A stretch of 61,280 nucleotides of DNA from contig CAZOYD010000014.1 in assembly GCA_964583985.1 (NCBI GenBank), positions 1-61,280 of the forward strand, given 5' to 3'. Both the position numbers and the translations under genes were made by a program. Below the pieces are notes generated by a model. It did not search any database and was not told where the DNA came from. It saw only the letters and a program-made list of their open reading frames with translations. Shown here piece by piece: positions 41,039 to 50,040 of the stretch (position 1 is its first letter; every line of letters starts with the position of its first letter). This DNA is from an uncultured archaeon (GTDB lineage: Archaea; Asgardarchaeota; Lokiarchaeia; Sigyniarchaeales; SOKP01).

Positions 41039-42301
41039 TTGGTATCACTAAATACAATGATAGAATCTGAAACTCCATCCCCAAATTCTAAAAAATCAAA
41101 TATAATATCAGAAACGCTCAAAAAAGTAATGGATTCTGCTAATTATTGTTATGATTGTAATAGATGCGTAACTGTCTGTCCCGTTTCACAATTAGGAATT
41201 TTTTCACCCCGATCCTTGATAAATGATCTTTCCTACTTGACTGTTGAAGATGCGTTAAAAAATAACGATATTTGGACGTGTTTAACATGTGGACAATGTT
41301 CCATCTATTGTCCAATGACACAGGAAAACGCGGGGGTACGGATCCCTGAATTAATATTAGAATTAAGAAAATTATATGGAAAAGAACAAACTCAAACTGA
41401 GAATTTAGCGGAATGTGAAACTCATGATGGTATTTTCCCGTTAATTGCGAAAATAATGGCAGAAAATCCCGCACCACCAAATAAACTTGGATTTTTAGAA
41501 GGTACCGGATATAAGGTTGCAAGTACGGGAGAGATTGCTTATTTTATTGGTTGTATACCGCTAATGCAAGATATTATTTATTATACCGATGTAAATTACG
41601 GGAGCATTCCAAAATCGATTATTGGTCTATTAAATAGTGCCAATATAACACCAGTTGTTTTAAATGAAAAATGTTGTGGACATGATATACTATGGTCTAA
41701 AGGTGATGTTGATACATTTAAGAAGTTAGCAGAATATAACGTGAAATTATATAAAGATGCAGGAGTTAAAACCATAATAGTTAGCTGTGCTGAAGGATAT
41801 CGAACTTGGAAAATTGATTATCCTAAATATGTAGATGAGTTTGATTTTGAGGTATTACATTTTTCTGAATTCTTCTTACGTGAAAATATTCTTGAACACG
41901 TTAGATTCCCTCAGTCTCGCGATATTAAGGTGACCTATCACGATGCCTGCCGGTTGGGTCGCTTGGGTGGAAGATTATATGAAGCTCCCCGTGAATTAAT
42001 CCGATCAATTCCTGGGGTGAAGCTCATAGAAATGCAAAATAATAGAGATGATGCAAAATGTTGTGGAGTCTCTGCCTTTTCTTGTTGTAATGAATATACA
42101 CGTGTTTTAAGACATAATCGCATAAAGGAAGCAATAGAAACAGGAGCTGAATATTTAATTGTACCATGTGTAAAATGCTTGACGCATTTTAATTGTTACC
42201 TTTCAGAACCGGAAGTAGGAGTTAATAATGAATCATTGAAAGGTAAAATTCAAGTTATAGATATTGCAAGTTTTCTTGGAAAACTTCTTTTTCTCCTATA
42301 A
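41039..42301 (+). CDS. HdrD-like heterodisulfide reductase-related Fe-S oxidoreductase
   Basis: CYDCNRCVTVCP, CLTCGQCSIYCP, two CCG domains (EKCCG; YHDAC...KCCG...CVKC). Confidence 0.88.
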   Translation: MVSLNTMIESETPSPNSKKSNIISETLKKVMDSANYCYDCNRCVTVCPVSQLGIFSPRSLINDLSYLTVEDALKNNDIWTCLTCGQCSIYCPMTQENAGVRIPELILELRKLYGKEQTQTENLAECETHDGIFPLIAKIMAENPAPPNKLGFLEGTGYKVASTGEIAYFIGCIPLMQDIIYYTDVNYGSIPKSIIGLLNSANITPVVLNEKCCGHDILWSKGDVDTFKKLAEYNVKLYKDAGVKTIIVSCAEGYRTWKIDYPKYVDEFDFEVLHFSEFFLRENILEHVRFPQSRDIKVTYHDACRLGRLGGRLYEAPRELIRSIPGVKLIEMQNNRDDAKCCGVSAFSCCNEYTRVLRHNRIKEAIETGAEYLIVPCVKCLTHFNCYLSEPEVGVNNESLKGKIQVIDIASFLGKLLFLL

Positions 42302-42325
42302 CTTATAAAGAAAATAAAGATCGAA

Positions 42326-42532
42326 CTATTTCTCTCTCCAAATAGCTGAGCATTGTCCACAACGATATTTCTTTCCATAGATACGAGGATAGTCATTAAT
42401 TATGTTCGTTTTATCTTCTAATTCATGAATCATGGATTTGTTTTCCTCACCACATTTTGGACATTTTCTTCTACTATCTGACTTTTCGATTGTCATTATG
42501 TCATCGAATTTTTCTCCCATCTTAAGCATCAC
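42326..42532 (-). CDS. Small zinc-ribbon protein
   Basis: CPKCG...CGQC. Confidence 0.7.
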   Translation of the reverse strand: MMLKMGEKFDDIMTIEKSDSRRKCPKCGEENKSMIHELEDKTNIINDYPRIYGKKYRCGQCSAIWREK

Positions 42533-42649
42533 CCTATTTTTGATTATAACAAATTTAGTTGATTATATTATTAGTATAGGACTTATTAAATCTTGTCAAG
42601 TTTTTTGAAAAGTTATAAATAGAAATTTATTTTCCATATTAAAAAGCTA

Positions 42650-43273
42650 TCATAAATTTGAACCCTTTTTTTGAGTGTCATACGCTTTTTCACTAGCTAT
42701 TGTGCATCCATAGTTGAGAGCTTGTTCATATAATTCCGGGTTAGAATGTTTAAATTTAAGAATAACTTCATCAAATAAATTCTCAAACAATTCGGCAAAA
42801 TCACGTTGCTGGTTGGTTATTTCAAAACAATAAATGAAATTTAGCTCTTGTGTTTTTCTGATCAAATTCAACCTACTAATTCTTATAGCTTCTTCATTGA
42901 TTTTTCCATTAATTAAATCCATATCTAAGGCAACCAATATTTTGGAACCTTGGAAGTTGTACAAATTATAAAATTCGAGATAATTATCTAAGGGAATCTG
43001 ATTAATTGAATTAAGGTCATGTAAATCAAGGATTTGAATTATCCCATCGAAATGTTCGATTGAATTATATAATTCCACAAAATCGTAAATCTCCTCAGCT
43101 AGAAATATCTTAACCTTCAAGGGTATTGATTGATGAATTATCTGAAATTCATAATTTATGGAAGATGAAGAAGATGAAATCGCTAAATGAGAAAGAAATG
43201 CAAGGATCATATTTTTACCATTGTCTCCTTCTCCAATAATTCCTAAATTAAATTTATAATTGATTTTCTTCAC
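42650..43273 (-). CDS. Degenerate Ras-superfamily-fold protein (putative pseudo-GTPase)
   Basis: YKFNLGIIGEGDNGKN (G1-like), DGIIQILD, KILVA, YCFEIT, LFE at Rab-like spacing; no DxxG or NKxD. Confidence 0.5.
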   Translation of the reverse strand: MKKINYKFNLGIIGEGDNGKNMILAFLSHLAISSSSSSINYEFQIIHQSIPLKVKIFLAEEIYDFVELYNSIEHFDGIIQILDLHDLNSINQIPLDNYLEFYNLYNFQGSKILVALDMDLINGKINEEAIRISRLNLIRKTQELNFIYCFEITNQQRDFAELFENLFDEVILKFKHSNPELYEQALNYGCTIASEKAYDTQKKGSNL

Positions 43274-43378
43274 GTCCTCTCGTTCCTACAATAATAAATT
43301 TATTATAAATGCTAGGCTTAATCTTAATAATATAGATAAAGAACTAATGTATTAAGTATTTGATGGAAGAATAATATA

Positions 43379-44296
43379 ATGATTACCATTTATCTTTCCT
43401 TAGTCATAATGATAGGTGCGTGGAGTTTCTCATTTGTTCTTGTAGATATGACTTTTGAATTTATGCTTCCTTTATCCGTGGTTTTATATCGCTTTATCAT
43501 TGCATCCGTTACGTATCTCCTCATTGATATCTATTTTTTTGCAGAGAAAAAACTGAAACCTGAGATTTTACAAGACACCCCAAAATATTCAAGAAATGAT
43601 TGGTTAATGATAATCTTGTCTAGTTTTTTTGGGGTTTCTGTATTTTTCTTAACTCAATATGCATCTATTGCACTAATTGGTCCCTCATTACCCGCTTTAT
43701 TTGTCTGTTTATTGTCTCCAGTATTGATTTCTCTTTTTGCTTTAATTCTCTTTAAAGAGAAATTAAATAAAAAAAAAATATGTGGATTTGCTATTGCATC
43801 AATTGGAGCATTCTTATTGGTAACGGGAGGAAATATGCAGAATCTAACTCTTAATTCCCCCAATTTCTTAGGATACTTTTTAGCTTTACTCACTCCATTT
43901 CAATGGGCACTTTATTCAACATTAACTAAAAAAATATCCAATGGGCATTCCAAGATGAAATTAAATAAATATATAAGTTACTTAGGGTTATTTGAAGTAT
44001 TCATTATCATTCTATTGTCTAATCAGCTCGCTGACTTTGTCGAAAACATTATTAATCCTATAGCATTCCTAACAGCTATTTATCTTGGTATTGGATGCTA
44101 CGTGCTTGGATATTATATTTGGCAAAAATCCTTGAGCACATTAAAATCGTTTAAAGTAGCTTCTTTCCTATACATCGAACCATTTCTTACTTTAATCTTT
44201 TCAATCATCTTGCAAAGAACTGAAATTATTGTTTTATGGAATGTGATTGGAGGACTTGTTGTATTAGGTGCTGTAGTGCTTATCAATTATAAATAA
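43379..44296 (+). CDS. DMT/EamA family transporter
   Basis: About 10 TM; LSP...LFKEK, WALY, YIEP motifs. Confidence 0.88.
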   Translation: MITIYLSLVIMIGAWSFSFVLVDMTFEFMLPLSVVLYRFIIASVTYLLIDIYFFAEKKLKPEILQDTPKYSRNDWLMIILSSFFGVSVFFLTQYASIALIGPSLPALFVCLLSPVLISLFALILFKEKLNKKKICGFAIASIGAFLLVTGGNMQNLTLNSPNFLGYFLALLTPFQWALYSTLTKKISNGHSKMKLNKYISYLGLFEVFIIILLSNQLADFVENIINPIAFLTAIYLGIGCYVLGYYIWQKSLSTLKSFKVASFLYIEPFLTLIFSIILQRTEIIVLWNVIGGLVVLGAVVLINYK

Positions 44297-44322
44297 AAAC
44301 CAAGTAAAATGAATAAATTGAA

Positions 44323-45750
44323 TTATTTAAGATGGTTCTCAGTTATCTTTCTTAATTCTTTAAAAAGAATGTCATCAAGAGGCTTAACTGCTGGCTTAGT
44401 TTCCAACTTATTTGCTTCAATTTTGGCTCTCTTTCTTGCTGAATTCGCTCCAGCATCATTCCAAGCATCACGAGACATCCTATCAATAATTGGTCCTGTA
44501 ATAAACAATTCTTTTCTAAATAAACTTAATGTTGAAGGATGTGAAAGTAACTCTTCGGTTTCACTATAATCTTTCAGAATTTCTAAAGCAAAAGGAGTTC
44601 CTCGATCCTCAACTCCTCGCAAAAGCCGTTTTACCATTCCAACAATTTCATTATCAATCAATAATTTTTCCACGCTTTGAGTTGATTCAAAATCAAGCAT
44701 GCCTGGACCGGATACCATGTTAACACCAGCAAGTCCTGCTAAAAGAGCACCCATCCCTCCTTCAAATCCTGCTTGAGCATCTGGGACTTTAGAATCGCTC
44801 AAACCCATGTAAGCATGGGTAGGTATTTTTAATAATTTTCCCATTTCCACGTCCCCCAGATTTATCATCATCGTTTCAATTGCGCCCATTGGAGTAGTCC
44901 CATATTTCATGTCTAATATTGCAGGAGATCCGCCCCAAATCAAAGGAGCGCCTGATTTAGCTAATTGACCAATGACAACGCCAGCCAAGCATTCTGCACA
45001 ATGTTGAGTGATTGACCCAATTAGGGTTATGGGTGCACTCGCACCGGCGAGTGGCATTGAAACAAATTCAGAAGGAATCATGCTTTTAGCAGCATCGATG
45101 AGTGATTGGGTGGTTAAATCTGACCATTTTAATGGGGGACTTGGACAAGCATCAAAGATAGCAAGTGGTTTCCTTGCCAAATCATCTTCAGATAATCTAC
45201 AAGTCAACAAAAGTTCTCTCATTATTGAGAAACTCTCCTTTTTAAATGTGCCCGTAATGACTGGTTTATGGCAATTTGATAATGCAATAAAAAGCCTATG
45301 CCAATCTTGTGCATTTTTGGGTACATCTTGGTAGACAAAAGCCGTGCTTTGTGCTTCGATATATTTCAACTGATCCACAATTTTTGAAAAACGAATGAAA
45401 TCTTTCGAAGTCGCTTCTCTAGTTTTTCCTGAATTTTCATCTAAAATAAGAATTGCTGCAGAACCCGGATCAAAGTGAACGTTATCATCCTTAAGAGTTG
45501 AGTGCTCATTTCCCTCTCGATCATACAAGATAATTTCATCTGGAACCGTGCGTAAGCATTTTTCCACTAAATCTGGAGGAATAAAGAAAGATGACCCTTC
45601 ATTATTTACGCCTTGATTTTTCAACAATTCTCTTGCTTGTTCATTTTCCACGAATACTCCAAGAGTTTCCAATATCTGTTTTGCTTCCTTTAATATTGAA
45701 TTTTTATGTTCTTCATCTAAAACACTTATTTTTGGTCTTAAAATTGTCAT
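44323..45750 (-). CDS. Trimethylamine methyltransferase (MttB) superfamily, non-pyrrolysine member
   Basis: SPPLKW, GASAPITLIG, GLSDSKVPDAQAGFE, GPGMLDF; no in-frame stop. Confidence 0.9.
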   Translation of the reverse strand: MTILRPKISVLDEEHKNSILKEAKQILETLGVFVENEQARELLKNQGVNNEGSSFFIPPDLVEKCLRTVPDEIILYDREGNEHSTLKDDNVHFDPGSAAILILDENSGKTREATSKDFIRFSKIVDQLKYIEAQSTAFVYQDVPKNAQDWHRLFIALSNCHKPVITGTFKKESFSIMRELLLTCRLSEDDLARKPLAIFDACPSPPLKWSDLTTQSLIDAAKSMIPSEFVSMPLAGASAPITLIGSITQHCAECLAGVVIGQLAKSGAPLIWGGSPAILDMKYGTTPMGAIETMMINLGDVEMGKLLKIPTHAYMGLSDSKVPDAQAGFEGGMGALLAGLAGVNMVSGPGMLDFESTQSVEKLLIDNEIVGMVKRLLRGVEDRGTPFALEILKDYSETEELLSHPSTLSLFRKELFITGPIIDRMSRDAWNDAGANSARKRAKIEANKLETKPAVKPLDDILFKELRKITENHLK

Positions 45751-45763
45751 GTTATTACCTCCC
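45751..45763 (-). promoter_or_regulatory. Shine-Dalgarno site of the MttB-family gene
   Basis: Minus strand reads GGGAGGTAATAAC-ATG. Confidence 0.65.
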
Positions 45764-45767
45764 TAAA

Positions 45768-46640
45768 CTACGTCATTTTTTGTTTTATTTCTTGAATTGT
45801 TAGGGGACTCGTTCCACAACATCCTCCAACAATTTTTGCTCCCAAATTTATAATTTTAATGATATCTTGTGCAAATTCTAGTGCTGTTTGGTCATAAACA
45901 GTAATAGATCCTTCAAGTCTCGGCTTACCCGCATTTGGTTTTATGGATATGGGTGTATCTGTTATCTTCTTTAATTCTATCATTATATCAATCATGTCAT
46001 GTGAACCTAAAGTGCAATTTGAGCCCACAACATCTGCACCTTCAATAACTTGGATATCAACGCATTTTTCTAGAGAATCTCCCATGATCGTAAAGAATCC
46101 CCTTTTAGTTTTTTTATACGTCATTGAACTGATAATTGGTTTAGAAGAGACTTCTTTTATCGCCCGAATCGCAGCTCTCATTTCCTCAACATCAGAAATT
46201 GTCTCTACGTGCCAAAGATCAACTCCAAAATTCAATACTTCAACTTGCTTTTTAAAACTCGACTGCCACATATCAACCGTAGCTTTCCCCACTGGTGGTT
46301 TGAATACGCCGGAAGGACCGATATCGCCAACGATGAGGCGATCTTTTTGACGAACGGTATTAATTATCTCCAAAGCCTTTTGATTGATTTCAACTAAATG
46401 TTCCTCGAGATGATGGTTCTTCAGGTTTAGATAGCACGAACCAAAGGTATTCGTTTGAACCATGTCCGAACCTGCTTCATAATATGCTTTATGAATGCTA
46501 CTAATGACTTGGGGTTCTTCAATATTTAAAAGATCTGGTAGTTTTCCCGGTTTTATTCCTCGTTTAATAATTTCTGAACCCATTCCTCCATCAAATAATA
46601 TCGTCTTTGTATCATCCTTTAACCATTCATTAAATAGCAT
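45768..46640 (-). CDS. Homocysteine S-methyltransferase domain protein (stand-alone MetH Hcy domain)
   Basis: FDGGMGSE, TNTFG, GDIGPSG, ETISD, GSNC, KPNAG, GGCCGT. Confidence 0.92.
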   Translation of the reverse strand: MLFNEWLKDDTKTILFDGGMGSEIIKRGIKPGKLPDLLNIEEPQVISSIHKAYYEAGSDMVQTNTFGSCYLNLKNHHLEEHLVEINQKALEIINTVRQKDRLIVGDIGPSGVFKPPVGKATVDMWQSSFKKQVEVLNFGVDLWHVETISDVEEMRAAIRAIKEVSSKPIISSMTYKKTKRGFFTIMGDSLEKCVDIQVIEGADVVGSNCTLGSHDMIDIMIELKKITDTPISIKPNAGKPRLEGSITVYDQTALEFAQDIIKIINLGAKIVGGCCGTSPLTIQEIKQKMT

Positions 46641-46653
46641 CTTTTATCCCTCC
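46641..46653 (-). promoter_or_regulatory. Shine-Dalgarno site of the homocysteine methyltransferase gene
   Basis: Minus strand reads GGAGGGATAAAAG-ATG. Confidence 0.6.
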
Positions 46654-46658
46654 ATTTC

Positions 46659-47297
46659 TCATAAATTTTTTACTAATTTTACGGCATCAACAGCACTATC
46701 AGCATATCCATCAGCCTCACATTCCTCAACCCATTTCCGTGAAACTGGAGCTCCACCTAATATGACCTTAAATTTTGATCGAATTCCTTTTTCTTTTAAT
46801 ATCTCTACAACCTTCTTTTGCCCAGTCATGGTCGTTGTAAGCAACGCGGATACTCCAATTATATTTGCATTCACCTTAATTGCTTCATCAACTATTTTTT
46901 CTGCTGGAACATCTGCTCCCAGATCATGTACATCATACCCGTTTGCGCTTAGCATTGTTCCTACGATAGTTTTCCCTATAGAATGAATATCTCCTTCAAT
47001 CGTTGCGATGACTACAGTTCCTCGATTAAAGGTCTCAGATTGTTCTTTTAAATGAGGTAATATTAATTCCATGGCTTCCTGCATGATGTTTCCTCCTAAC
47101 ATCAATTCAGGCAGGAAAATTTCTCCTTCATCCCAAAGATCCCCAATTTTTCTTATACCAGATCCAAATCCGTGTTCAACCACTTCAAGCAAATTCAAAC
47201 CATCCTTTATCGCACGATTAGCTAACTCTAAGGCTCTTTCTTTATCTAAATTTACGATAGCCTCTGAAATTTCAACATTTAATTCTTCAACTGACAT
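46659..47297 (-). CDS. Methyltransferase cognate corrinoid (B12-binding) protein
   Basis: FLPEL cap domain, GDIHSIGK (DxHxxG), SALLTTTM, GGAP. Confidence 0.93.
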   Translation of the reverse strand: MSVEELNVEISEAIVNLDKERALELANRAIKDGLNLLEVVEHGFGSGIRKIGDLWDEGEIFLPELMLGGNIMQEAMELILPHLKEQSETFNRGTVVIATIEGDIHSIGKTIVGTMLSANGYDVHDLGADVPAEKIVDEAIKVNANIIGVSALLTTTMTGQKKVVEILKEKGIRSKFKVILGGAPVSRKWVEECEADGYADSAVDAVKLVKNL

Positions 47298-47484
47298 CAG
47301 TAATCCACTTTAAAACTCTCCGTTCAATACTTTTAATTTAATTTTGTTTTGTAATTAACATTTCGAAAATGCTTGAATCTGAATTATTATTCCATTATTA
47401 TTCAGATATTTAACCTAGCAAAAATAAATACCTTATAATTTTAAAAACCTATTTTTAAGAATTATAAGATAAAGTGTTTTAATA

Positions 47485-47973
47485 ATGAGCAGGCGTTATT
47501 ATGCTAAAGGAAAGAAAACGTATGCCAAAGATCAAAATTTCGAGCAAGATCAAGTTGGAAAGGAAAAAGAGCGTTATTTAATTAACATATCTTTGATGAG
47601 TTTAAAAACTCTTAAAGATTATGATATATTGGGGTGGCGAGGTGAGTTTTACTTTAAGTGTGACGGTGAGAAGATGTTCAAATCCCGTTGGCCGAATAAG
47701 GGAACCATCAAGCTGCAACGAAATCAAGAGTTTACTTCCAAAGCCGATATGTCTTTATGGAGTCAATTTAAAACTGTGCGTGCTGATCAAAGTATCATCG
47801 TTCCCATTAAAGTAATTCTGAGAGAAAAAGATCCAATGAAAAAGGATTCTACCATAGCTGAACAAGAATATGAAATTCGATTACCTCAAAAGACCGCATA
47901 TGTCATCCTACAAGATGATAAGGAGAAAACAAAGGCTAAGCTCAGAATTCAAGCGACCAGAACGAGATATTAA
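47485..47973 (+). CDS. Hypothetical protein, C2-domain-like beta sandwich
   Basis: DYDILGWRGEFYF and VILREKDPMKKDSTIA resemble C2 loops 1 and 3; basic N-terminus. Confidence 0.5.
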   Translation: MSRRYYAKGKKTYAKDQNFEQDQVGKEKERYLINISLMSLKTLKDYDILGWRGEFYFKCDGEKMFKSRWPNKGTIKLQRNQEFTSKADMSLWSQFKTVRADQSIIVPIKVILREKDPMKKDSTIAEQEYEIRLPQKTAYVILQDDKEKTKAKLRIQATRTRY

Positions 47974-48205
47974 AAAGTATTCTTACTTCCTACTATTTAT
48001 TTTTAAATTTTTTTTTATAAAAAACAATTTGTTGGTTTTCTACCAAATCAGCAATTAGTTTGAAGCTTAAATATTTAAGAATTGATTTAAAAGTTATTTG
48101 CAACAAAGAATTTAAACATTTAAATATTAGATCTCTCTCTATTGATTTTAAGAAAAATGAGATAGATGAGTGAAACAGAAATTTTAATGTGAAAAAATAA
48201 TCGAA

Positions 48206-48427
48206 TTATTGTTCTTCAGAAAATTCATTCGTTAAATTATTTGCGAGTTCGACGCCGAAATCAAAAAATGATTTCATTGACGTATAAAATAAATCCCCTA
48301 TTATTTCATTTTCTTTATTCTGTTCATTCGATTCATTATTTGAATCATTCAATTCATTTAATAATTCATTCTTTCTTCTTTTTAGTTCTTCATCCAATTC
48401 AGGTAATCGTACCGGATCTATTTGCAT
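48206..48427 (-). CDS. Small acidic hypothetical protein
   Basis: AGGAGG upstream on the minus strand; 24 nt downstream of the acyltransferase-like gene. Confidence 0.6.
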   Translation of the reverse strand: MQIDPVRLPELDEELKRRKNELLNELNDSNNESNEQNKENEIIGDLFYTSMKSFFDFGVELANNLTNEFSEEQ

Positions 48428-48451
48428 AATAATTTCCTCCTTTCTAACGGT

Positions 48452-49141
48452 TTAAAAATCGGGTTTTTCTTTCAAAGAATCGATAATATTGATAATATCT
48501 TCGGCCAATTCATATCGTTGATCTCGATATTTTTCTCGATTTAACCGTTTCTCCACTTTTAGTGGGGTTCCGATTTTCACTCGTATTCCTTGAGTGTCGA
48601 TCATATTCAATATTTTTGCTTTTTCCGTGTAAATCGCAAGCGGAATAATGGGAGATTCAGCAGCAACCGCAAACTTTATAATGCCTGCCATAGCTTTTAC
48701 TTGAATGTCTCGCTCTAATTTTGATTCTGGGGTCATTGCGACCAGATCTCCTTTTTCATTGAGATAATGGAATACCTTGTCAATCGGCTCAGTATCATCC
48801 TTGTCTAATGTACTACGAAACATCCCTAAGGATTTTAAGATTGGTCCATATAGTTGGTTCTTCATCATTTTATGGTGAACCATAAAATGGATACGCCTGC
48901 CGCTTACTTGACTGATAATCATTAAGTCTCGCAAAGTATTATCACTTATAGTCGTTATTATTGCTTTTCCTCGTGTTGGAATATTTTTTTTGCCTTCAAT
49001 TTTAAGATCGGTAAACGTTTCGAGACCAAATCCGCTCAATCCTTTGATTCCAGCGTATAGAAAGTCCAACATTAAATCCTTATTCGAAGTTCCTTTTTTA
49101 TCTTCGGCACTCGGTTCAACTGGTGGCGTTGTTTCAGTCAT
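48452..49141 (-). CDS. PlsC/LPLAT-family acyltransferase-like protein with degenerate active site
   Basis: IEGKKNIPTRG, RRIHFM, PIIPLAI, VKIGTP; NHxxxxD replaced by ISDNTLRD and FPEG by TPES. Confidence 0.75.
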   Translation of the reverse strand: MTETTPPVEPSAEDKKGTSNKDLMLDFLYAGIKGLSGFGLETFTDLKIEGKKNIPTRGKAIITTISDNTLRDLMIISQVSGRRIHFMVHHKMMKNQLYGPILKSLGMFRSTLDKDDTEPIDKVFHYLNEKGDLVAMTPESKLERDIQVKAMAGIIKFAVAAESPIIPLAIYTEKAKILNMIDTQGIRVKIGTPLKVEKRLNREKYRDQRYELAEDIINIIDSLKEKPDF

Positions 49142-49309
49142 GAGTTATAATATCACGGTATTTATTTAATTAAATATTCTTTTAATTAAAGTCTTATTCA
49201 TATTAAAATGTATTCATACGAATCAGATTCTTCAAAACGTTAATAAAAAAGCGACTGATTTTTAATAAAGTCTCAAATAACTTCTCTGAAATAAGAAGTC
49301 GAATCTGGT

Positions 49310-49918
49310 TTAGGTATCCTTGATGTTTTCACGGACTTTAAAATCTTTAATATTAGGATATCGATTTTTGAATTCTGAAATTAAATTTTTACATGAGCTA
49401 CAAATAGGTCCTTCTGAAACAAGCAAGACCTTTCCTTCTTTTAATTTATTTAACTCCCATAATTTTGCCATTGTTACGATTAACTTGCGCTCACTGTGAT
49501 ACCAAGGTTCATCTTCTTCATTAGTTTCTTGCGCAGGAAATAATTTTGATATGGGTGCATAAGGATCAATGATTATTTCAGCTGGTCTATTTTTCGGTTC
49601 GACTAATGCTGTACCAGGTATGAATTGCGTTCCCCTCATGGCTAATATATAGCCTTTTTGAGTTAATCCTTTTGAGAATTTGTAATTAAACTTGACGTAA
49701 GCCACGTTGCGATTTTTATCATTCCAATTTTGGCTCTTTCTCACTTGGGTTATAATTGTCTTGTCAGTCAATTTCGCATTTTTGTCTAAATTTAATGCGT
49801 TACATAATGCATCTTCAATCTCCTTTTTGCTAATATCTTTAGAAGAAACGATCCAAGTCATTCTCTTTTGGTAAGATTCTAATTCTTCTGATAATTCGAC
49901 ATTCTTTTCTGTCGTCAT
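49310..49918 (-). CDS. Zn-dependent deaminase, toxin-deaminase (BURPS668_1122-like) type
   Basis: RNVAY, HSERK, SEGPICSSC, EFKNRYPNI. Confidence 0.72.
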   Translation of the reverse strand: MTTEKNVELSEELESYQKRMTWIVSSKDISKKEIEDALCNALNLDKNAKLTDKTIITQVRKSQNWNDKNRNVAYVKFNYKFSKGLTQKGYILAMRGTQFIPGTALVEPKNRPAEIIIDPYAPISKLFPAQETNEEDEPWYHSERKLIVTMAKLWELNKLKEGKVLLVSEGPICSSCKNLISEFKNRYPNIKDFKVRENIKDT

Positions 49919-50040
49919 GAGATTGCACTGAGATCGTGGCTTTTTAAACGATTACGCATTTCTAAAATTTATATTTCTTAATATATGAATGCTTTTAAAT
50001 ATTATATTAAAAATAGAAATAAAATTTAAAAAATGGTGGA

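Noticed and set aside
44323-45750. Pyrrolysine read-through in the MttB homolog
   Set aside because: No in-frame TAG; Leu at the equivalent position
44309-47313. Series of plus-strand ORFs (up to 163 aa) opposite the corrinoid operon
   Set aside because: Antisense shadows of strongly supported genes; no motifs
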